A stretch of DNA of 64,000 bases from Leptospiraceae bacterium (lineage in GTDB: Bacteria; Spirochaetota; Leptospiria; Leptospirales; Leptonemataceae), in assembly GCA_040217195.1 (NCBI GenBank), contig JAVJNR010000005.1, forward strand, positions 384,001-448,000. Direction: 5' to 3'. Below are positions 57,789 to 64,000 of this stretch, in pieces; position 1 is the first letter of the stretch; each line of letters opens with the position of its first letter. The translations under genes were made by a program, and so were the position numbers. The notes below the pieces were generated by a model that saw only the letters and a list, made by a program, of their open reading frames with translations, was not told the DNA's origin and made no database searches.

Positions 57789-59698
57789 ACTGATTTTTTC
57801 CTCCAGTAGCCAATGGAGAGATTCTGGACCTTGAAATACTTCAATGCCACATCGAATAGGAGGCGAGAAACATACAGGGCAGTAAACATGGAGCTTACAA
57901 TTCCAAAGAACAGAACAATGGCGAATCCTTTGATCGCCCCATCGCCTTCATAGTATAGAATGATGGATGCAATCAGCGTGGTTACGTTGGCATCCAGAAT
58001 GGTCCAGAAGGATGCATCAAAACCGGAATCAATGGCCACTGAAGCAGATTTGCCCGCACTCAAGTCCTCTTTAATTCTTTCAAAGATTAGAACGTTCGCA
58101 TCCACAGCCATACCGACGGTTAGAATGGCACCGGCAAAACCCGGCAGAGTAAGCGTGAATTCCATTAAACTGAGAATTCCAGCCATCAAAACCAGGTTCA
58201 AAGACAATGCAATGAGAGCAATAATGCCTGTTAACCTGTAATACAATAGCATGAAAAGGATAATGAGTGCAAACCCCAGAACCACAGAGAATACACCCTT
58301 TTCAATGGATTCCTTTCCAAGAGTAGGTCCAACGAAGGAAACACTGATTACGTCCAGCGGAAGCGGCAATGCTCCTTCGCGAATTACGTTGGCCACTTCC
58401 CTGGCTTCCCTTTCTCCGAACTGACCATTGATTACACCGTTACCGGTGGGGATCACTTCATTGATTCTTGGAGCAGATACCACTCGATCGCCCCATAGAA
58501 CAGCCATCTGCTTGCCTACGTTATTCCTGGTAATCTCTGTAAACTTCTCAGCTCCTGTTGCGGTTAGCTGAAAGTTAATCTGATAAAAGGCGGTTTGTCC
58601 AAGGGAGGCCTGGGCATTGGCCATATCCCCTCCATCCATTACGATTGGACCAAGTACATAAAAGTCCCTGGGAAGCATGGAACCGGTTCCGCTACTACCG
58701 CGACTCCAGTACTGAAATAGCCTGCCTTCTTGAGGTGTAAGATTGGCTTTTTCGGCTACCTCATCCATGATCTGATCCACCAGCACTTCATCCGGTCGAG
58801 GGCTTTGATAGATTTGAATAATACGTTTCTTCTCTTCGGTGAGATCCATGCTCTGGATTCTCTCCGTTGCTTCGGTATTTACGATGCGATACTCAACAGT
58901 AACGGTATCTCGCACCCTTTCCAGGACTTCCGAGCTGTTGGCCGCTCCTGGCATGTCCACAGCAATACTAAATGAGCCAGGCTGAATTCGAATTTCAGAC
59001 TCGGTCAAGCCCTGAGCCACCAGTCGTTTATCGATAATGTCTCTGGCCTGACGTAAAAGCTCCAGCTTTCTTTCTTCGCTGGGCGAAAGAATATCCTCAA
59101 TTTGTTCCAGGCGAGCCTCTGCATCGGCCTTTTCTTCACCCTGTAGCTGACCTGTGCGAATCCTGGTTTCCAGATCCGCAACCACAGGCTCATATTTCTC
59201 TTCCAGTTTGGCTATATAGGTATCATAGTCCGCCACAAAGATAGCCCGCATTCCGCCCTGAAGGTCCAGCCCCAGTTTGATTGTAAGAGGTTTGATTGAA
59301 TGCTCGGTAAGAAAGGCAAAGAAGCTTTCCAGAGCATGGGACTGGATTTCACTTCTTCGGTCATCCAGAAGCAATGGATAGGCCTGCATAATCTCATTGA
59401 ATTCTGCGCTGGTAACAAACCGCGCTTTCAACACGCAATGACGGCCTTCCGCCACACCCTTTCGCGGTTCAAAGTTGCATTCTGAATTTGGGAAATAACG
59501 GTGCAGCCCGGTCTCTTTGTCCTGGAGGAAGGCATCGATTTTTTCCTGCTCCACCTCAACTCTGCTTCCATCTTCTGTACGATAGTATTCAAGAAAGACC
59601 AGAGAGATCTCTCTGGTTGCCAGGTTGGGATAGAAAGCCAGAAAGAAAAATCCGGCCGTGAGTAATGTAACAATAGTTCTTTTTGGAATTCGATTCAT
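57785..59698 (-). CDS. secD: Protein translocase subunit SecD
   Basis: KLGLDLQGG, GALPLPL..VGPTLG..SI, TLTLPG.AG.ILTVGMAVDANVLIFERIKE, ILDANVTT, KGFA. Confidence 0.97.
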   Translation of the reverse strand: MNRIPKRTIVTLLTAGFFFLAFYPNLATREISLVFLEYYRTEDGSRVEVEQEKIDAFLQDKETGLHRYFPNSECNFEPRKGVAEGRHCVLKARFVTSAEFNEIMQAYPLLLDDRRSEIQSHALESFFAFLTEHSIKPLTIKLGLDLQGGMRAIFVADYDTYIAKLEEKYEPVVADLETRIRTGQLQGEEKADAEARLEQIEDILSPSEERKLELLRQARDIIDKRLVAQGLTESEIRIQPGSFSIAVDMPGAANSSEVLERVRDTVTVEYRIVNTEATERIQSMDLTEEKKRIIQIYQSPRPDEVLVDQIMDEVAEKANLTPQEGRLFQYWSRGSSGTGSMLPRDFYVLGPIVMDGGDMANAQASLGQTAFYQINFQLTATGAEKFTEITRNNVGKQMAVLWGDRVVSAPRINEVIPTGNGVINGQFGEREAREVANVIREGALPLPLDVISVSFVGPTLGKESIEKGVFSVVLGFALIILFMLLYYRLTGIIALIALSLNLVLMAGILSLMEFTLTLPGFAGAILTVGMAVDANVLIFERIKEDLSAGKSASVAIDSGFDASFWTILDANVTTLIASIILYYEGDGAIKGFAIVLFFGIVSSMFTALYVSRLLFDVALKYFKVQNLSIGYWRKKSV

Positions 59699-59707
59699 GA
59701 CTTGATC

Positions 59708-60094
59708 TTATCCTCGCCGCTTTCCACCGGACCTTATCTGATAGATCACAAATAAGAGAACGATGCCGGCAAGCAGGAGTATGTTAATGACGTTTCGGTC
59801 CGCAAATATTTCAGTCCAGGAGGTATCGGAATCGTTGCCATCATTGTTTGTGACACTTTCCGGCTCCGGTCCGGTATCCACCGGTTCCGTTTCCACTTCC
59901 AGAGACTCGCTGGGTCCGGCCTTGATTTCTGGAATGTATTCATCGTACTGCATAGGAAATTCCTGCACAATACCCTCTTTCCAGGTATCAGCCGGTTGAG
60001 CCGGGGCAGGATCGGCAACGGGTTCTTCAGCTAAAACTGGCTGAAAAACCAGGCCAAATGCTGCGGCAAAAAGAAACGTCTGTAATCTTTGCAT
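59708..60094 (-). CDS. Small membrane protein (signal peptide, acidic linker, C-terminal TM) between yajC and secD
   Basis: Start corrected to ATG 60094 (MQRLQTFLFAAAFGLVFQPVLA-E), which removes the overlap with yajC. C-terminal INILLLAGIVLLFVIYQI is followed by RSGGKRRG. Confidence 0.8.
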   Translation of the reverse strand: MQRLQTFLFAAAFGLVFQPVLAEEPVADPAPAQPADTWKEGIVQEFPMQYDEYIPEIKAGPSESLEVETEPVDTGPEPESVTNNDGNDSDTSWTEIFADRNVINILLLAGIVLLFVIYQIRSGGKRRG

Positions 60095-60107
60095 GGCTTT
60101 CCGGGCT

Positions 60108-60551
60108 CTATTTCTTGGCAGATTTCTTGCTGGCCTTCGGAAAGCGTTCGGTCTTTTCAGTTTTTTCTGTGTCGGTATCGGCTGATCCGGCACTCTGATC
60201 TCTCACTGAGCTGATGGCGCTACGCAGTACTTCGATTCTAGTATTGTCGCCTACCTTCAGAATTATGGAGTCTGAGTCAGCCTTGATGCTGTGTACGCTT
60301 CCGATGATGCCGCCTGTAGTAATCACAGTATCTCCCTTCTTGAGGGCTGCGAGCATTTCCTTTTTTTTCTTCTCTTCTTTTCTCTGGGGCCGTATAGCGA
60401 AGAAATACATGAATGCGAATACAGCCACGATCATGATCAACATGTAGTTTCCACCGAAGAGACCACCCTGGGGCTCCCCTTTTGGGCCGGATGCTTCAGG
60501 AGCCGGCTGTGGATTGGCTGTTTGCTGTGCGATAAAAGCCTGAGGGTTCAT
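60108..60551 (-). CDS. yajC: Preprotein translocase subunit YajC
   Basis: MYFFAIRPQRK..ML..LKKGDTVITTGGIIG.V..RSAI. Confidence 0.96.
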   Translation of the reverse strand: MNPQAFIAQQTANPQPAPEASGPKGEPQGGLFGGNYMLIMIVAVFAFMYFFAIRPQRKEEKKKKEMLAALKKGDTVITTGGIIGSVHSIKADSDSIILKVGDNTRIEVLRSAISSVRDQSAGSADTDTEKTEKTERFPKASKKSAKK

Positions 60552-60591
60552 GTGGCTAAACTCCGTTTATCGGGTCTGGTGGCAAGTAGAT

Positions 60592-61635
60592 TCAGCCGCC
60601 AACCGAGGTGACGCTTGCAGAGTTGTTATGGAACGATCTCCATTTTTCCAGTACCTCCATGGGCTTGCCCTGCTTCAGAGAGTCCATGCAGCGCTCATAT
60701 GAAGTCTTTAGATCTATGTCTGCATGCACCAGGTGGTAGGCTAGAGCTGCATTGGCAGCCATCATGGCATTCTCAACATCGGATCCTTTGCCTTCCAGAA
60801 TGGCCTGCACCCGTCTGGCTGATTCCCGGCGGTCCGCTACTTTCAGTCCTGCAATATCCATGGGCTGAATCCCGAAGTCTTCGGGCTTGAATTGACCCTT
60901 CTTTTCGATTCTGCCTTCTCGAATCAGGATGTAATCCGTGGGCGCAGCGATGGACAGCTCATCCAGCCCATCCCTGGAATGGATTACAAAGGCCCCTTTT
61001 CGGCCCAGGCCGGCCAGAGCATCCCCCAGGGGCTCCAGAAATCGGCCATCAAAAACTCCAATGATCTGATGGGAAACAGGAGCGGGATTGGTTATGGGGC
61101 CCAGAAGATTGAATACAGTGCGCACACCCAGGGCTTTGCGCACAGGGGCCGCAAATTTCATGGCTGGATGCCAGGTAGGTGCAAACAGAAAGCACATACC
61201 TACTTTTTCCAGACACTGGGCCACTTCCTCCGGCTGAAGGGCCATGGAAATACCCAGCTCCTCCAGCACATCCGCAGAACCGGTGGGGCTGGAAACGGCC
61301 CGATTTCCATGTTTGGCCACAGAAACACCCATGGATGCAAGCACCATGGCCGCCACTGTACTGACATTGATTATTCCGGAACTGTCACCGCCAGTTCCAC
61401 AGGTATCAAGGATGACAGAATTGGACCGCATGGGCCAGGTAACGGCTGCCTTTCGCATGGAGCGCGAAAAAGCCTCAATTTCGGTGCCCGTTTCCCCCTT
61501 GAGAGCAAGAGCTGTCAGGAAACCCGCTGTTTGAATCTCGCCTGCCTGACCACTCATGATGGCAGTCATTGCTCTGGTTGCTTCCTCGGCTGTAAGGTCT
61601 TCCCCTGCGATAATCTTCTTCAGTAGCTCCTTCAT
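60592..61635 (-). CDS. trpD: Anthranilate phosphoribosyltransferase
   Basis: KGET..EI, DTCGTGGD, NVST, KHGNRAVSS.TGSADVLE, RT.FNLLGP..NP, DGLDE. Confidence 0.97.
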   Translation of the reverse strand: MKELLKKIIAGEDLTAEEATRAMTAIMSGQAGEIQTAGFLTALALKGETGTEIEAFSRSMRKAAVTWPMRSNSVILDTCGTGGDSSGIINVSTVAAMVLASMGVSVAKHGNRAVSSPTGSADVLEELGISMALQPEEVAQCLEKVGMCFLFAPTWHPAMKFAAPVRKALGVRTVFNLLGPITNPAPVSHQIIGVFDGRFLEPLGDALAGLGRKGAFVIHSRDGLDELSIAAPTDYILIREGRIEKKGQFKPEDFGIQPMDIAGLKVADRRESARRVQAILEGKGSDVENAMMAANAALAYHLVHADIDLKTSYERCMDSLKQGKPMEVLEKWRSFHNNSASVTSVGG

Positions 61636-61679
61636 TTTCCAGCTCTCCCTGTTTTCTTCTTCAGCTTTAATTTCCTGGC

Positions 61680-62408
61680 TTACTCTGAGTTTTCCGTGGC
61701 AGTGTCGGTGGCTACTCGGCGCTTTTTTCTATCCGGCAAAAACAGACGGAAGTTTGTAACAAAGTACCGGATACCCGAGATGATCGTAAAGATTGTAGTA
61801 AATAACATTAGATAATAGGGCACAAAACTGGACAGACCGTAAAGGACGGATTCAACGTTTCCAGCCAGAAATTCCTGCAGATTTGCCTGGGCTACATGAA
61901 TGGGCCCGATCCCTTCATCCCTGGCCTGACTGTACATTGCGTTGATAGCTCCTCTTTCCTTGTAGGACACCATCAGGAAGCTTAACAGGATGACTCCGAT
62001 GGAAAACATTTGAAAGGTAGTCTTGATCTTACCGAACATACTGGTTCGCAGACTCTTTCCTCTGTGAATTGCCAGGTATCGCAGGGCTGTAATCAGCATA
62101 TCCCGACCAACAATGCAAAGCACCATCCAGCCCTGCACCTGATCTGAAAGAAATAGAAATGTGATAAAGGCTCCCAGAACCAGAGCTTTATCCGCCAGCG
62201 GATCCATGAATTTTCCAAACTCAGTTTCCTGATTCCATTTCCTGGCCAGGTATCCATCGATTAAATCCGTAATGGATGCAAGAGCAAATAATGCGAAAGC
62301 GATAATCCTATAGGTAATATTGGGAGAGAGAATAAAATAGATAAAAAAGGGAACTGAGATTACACGAAGAGCTGTTAGAATGTTTGGAATATTCCATTGC
62401 CCTTTCAT
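61680..62408 (-). CDS. pgsA: CDP-diacylglycerol--glycerol-3-phosphate 3-phosphatidyltransferase
   Basis: NIPNILT..R, TDLIDGYLAR..FGKFMDPLADK, GKIKT..QM. Confidence 0.93.
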   Translation of the reverse strand: MKGQWNIPNILTALRVISVPFFIYFILSPNITYRIIAFALFALASITDLIDGYLARKWNQETEFGKFMDPLADKALVLGAFITFLFLSDQVQGWMVLCIVGRDMLITALRYLAIHRGKSLRTSMFGKIKTTFQMFSIGVILLSFLMVSYKERGAINAMYSQARDEGIGPIHVAQANLQEFLAGNVESVLYGLSSFVPYYLMLFTTIFTIISGIRYFVTNFRLFLPDRKKRRVATDTATENSE

Positions 62409-63772
62409 TTTGCGCCTTCCTTATCGCCTGAAAGCCCGCTGCTAACCGGTATCAGTTCTCCGGACATATCGTATTCGTAGAATCCTGTAATGCGTACATT
62501 CACCAGATCCCCTGGCTGAAGATCGGAAGCAAGACCTTCCTCCGGATCTTCCAATTCTATATGTACCACTTCATCCACTTCCGGAGCATCCTGCTTTCTG
62601 CGCACCACCATGCCATCCGGAGCAATCTCGTCCACCATACATTCATAGATCTTGCCCTGACGAGTGAGATGAGTGTCTTTGAGCAGACTTAGATGATGAC
62701 TTCTAATTTCATTAACTATATCAGTGGTCTTTCCGGGCTCTGGCATTCCAGGCATATTGAAACCGGTGGTCCCCTCTTCTGGACTGTAGGCAAATAATGC
62801 TAACTTTTCAGGCTTACATTCATCCAGAAATGCATGGACTTCATCTACATCTTCCGGTCCTTCTCCAGGAAAACCCATCAACAGTGAAGTACGGATCTCC
62901 AGTCCCGGAATCTTTTCCCGAGCCAGGGAAAATAGATCAGCAAAAGATTGACGATTGCCCGCCCGATTCATGGATTTTAGCATTCTGGCAGAAGCATGCT
63001 GCACCGGACTTTCCAGATAGGGCACCAATCGAGGCAGGTCTTTCGGATTCCATCCTTCCAGAAATCTTCGGGTTCTGGCATCAGGATACAGATATAAGAG
63101 GCGAATCCAGGAAAGATTCTCCACATCATGCATTCTGGCAATTATATCCAGTAGCTTCTGAGGATCTCCACCAAAGGCATTTGTATCCTGGCTGACCAGG
63201 CAAACCTCTCGAACTCCTTCTGCAGTGAGCTCTTCAATCTCTTTAATAATTTCGGACTCTTCCCGGCTACGAAAGCTACCCCGAAAGGAGGGTATTGCAC
63301 AGAATGCACACTTTCGGTCGCAGCCTTCGCTTAATTTAACCGGTGCATAGGACTGGCCATCGTAGTCCATCCCTGAAAAAACGGAGGGCTGCAGAGGATC
63401 ATGCAGTGCCGGTGGACCGAATTTTTCATTCAGCATCTCACCGGTGCGATGATAGAGGCCGGTTCCAAAGGAAAAATCCACTTCCGGAAGTTCATCTCGG
63501 ACCGCCGCCTGGTAACGTTCCGTAAAACATCCCACCAGAATCAATTTCTGATCCGAATGCTCCTGCTTTATATCCGCCCCTTCCAGAACTGTCTGAATGG
63601 TTTCTTCGCGGGCGGATTCAATGAAAGAGCAGGAATTGATTAGATGGTAATCGGCTGTATAAGGGCTGTCTGCCGGCTCATAACCTTCGCGTAAGAGCGA
63701 TCGGTGCATCTGCCGGCTATCAGCAACATTCTTGGGACATCCAAGGGTCGTTATGAAAAACGAGCGTCCCAT
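62405..63772 (-). CDS. rimO: Ribosomal protein S12 methylthiotransferase RimO (MiaB/RimO radical SAM)
   Basis: LGCPKN.ADS, NSCSFIESA..E, GC, EGCDRKCAFCAIP.FRG, SQD, WIRLLYLYP, APEVD, TRAM tail. Confidence 0.92.
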   Translation of the reverse strand: MGRSFFITTLGCPKNVADSRQMHRSLLREGYEPADSPYTADYHLINSCSFIESAREETIQTVLEGADIKQEHSDQKLILVGCFTERYQAAVRDELPEVDFSFGTGLYHRTGEMLNEKFGPPALHDPLQPSVFSGMDYDGQSYAPVKLSEGCDRKCAFCAIPSFRGSFRSREESEIIKEIEELTAEGVREVCLVSQDTNAFGGDPQKLLDIIARMHDVENLSWIRLLYLYPDARTRRFLEGWNPKDLPRLVPYLESPVQHASARMLKSMNRAGNRQSFADLFSLAREKIPGLEIRTSLLMGFPGEGPEDVDEVHAFLDECKPEKLALFAYSPEEGTTGFNMPGMPEPGKTTDIVNEIRSHHLSLLKDTHLTRQGKIYECMVDEIAPDGMVVRRKQDAPEVDEVVHIELEDPEEGLASDLQPGDLVNVRITGFYEYDMSGELIPVSSGLSGDKEGAK

Positions 63773-63773
63773 T

Positions 63774-64000
63774 CTATGGAGCTACCTGAATCAGCTCCTC
63801 AATTTCCTTCTTGGCTGGATCCAGTTGACCCGGAACCTTCCTGTACCGGATCTTCACAATCTTACCTGCAGGGCCTGCAAGTTTGGGTGGTGCTCCAGGA
63901 CGAATGATTCTTACGCCAGCACCGTTTCCGACTTTGATTTCCAGACTTCCAGTGGCCTCCAGAGTTCTTCGCTGCCCGGCCTTTAGATAGACACCGTTAT
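63774..64000 (-). CDS. C-terminal part of RodZ-like (DUF4115) protein (partial; not in ORF track)
   Basis: Manual translation ...NGVYLKAGQRRTLEATGSLEIKVGNGAGVRII..GPAGKIVKI..VAP*. The stop lies 1 nt before rimO, matching the usual rodZ-rimO-pgsA order. Confidence 0.7.
   Translation of the reverse strand, partial: NGVYLKAGQRRTLEATGSLEIKVGNGAGVRIIRPGAPPKLAGPAGKIVKIRYRKVPGQLDPAKKEIEELIQVAP

Noticed and set aside
60892..61626. Long antisense ORFs (244 aa opposite trpD, 233 aa opposite LruC, 198 aa opposite ppa and others)
   Set aside because: They are shadow frames of well-supported genes with no motifs.

Overview
A 64 kb core-chromosome segment of a Leptospiraceae-like spirochaete. The taxonomy is inferred from Len/DUF1554, LruC and DUF1566 lipoproteins, tandem-domain ThyX next to rsmH, and the gene order rodZ-rimO-pgsA-trpD-yajC-x-secD-secF-ribD-uvrD. 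I found no integrase, transposase, CRISPR array or rRNA. The housekeeping content is rsmH/ftsL-like, thyX, rpsR, sucA-sucB-lpdA, rsmE, three tRNAs, ppa, fliH, dcd, cysE, an Hfq-like gene, cysQ, uvrD, ribD, secDF-yajC, trpD, pgsA and rimO. The main accessory region (about 5.5-24.7 kb) is a signalling neighbourhood of two converging gene runs. The + strand carries a Ser/Thr kinase-AAA-GAF-adenylate cyclase, a membrane HAMP adenylate cyclase, a FecR/Ig protein, an FN3-like envelope protein and an endostatin-like lipoprotein. The - strand carries two stand-alone cNMP-binding proteins, a degenerate PP2C-like protein, an SGNH-like protein, an MBL hydrolase, LruC and a two-component pair. Other notable observations: a 57-aa Cys-rich microprotein missed by the ORF track, with a perfect Shine-Dalgarno inside a CsrA-type hairpin, downstream of a diguanylate cyclase; a free-standing 72-aa copy of the cyclase C-terminal TPR tail; a divergent Hfq; an apparently catalytically dead acetylxylan-esterase homologue; orphan rpsR and fliH genes; a membrane protein between yajC and secD; and repeated large low-complexity in-frame insertions in conserved enzymes. 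All family calls come from recognising motifs by eye, with no database searches.
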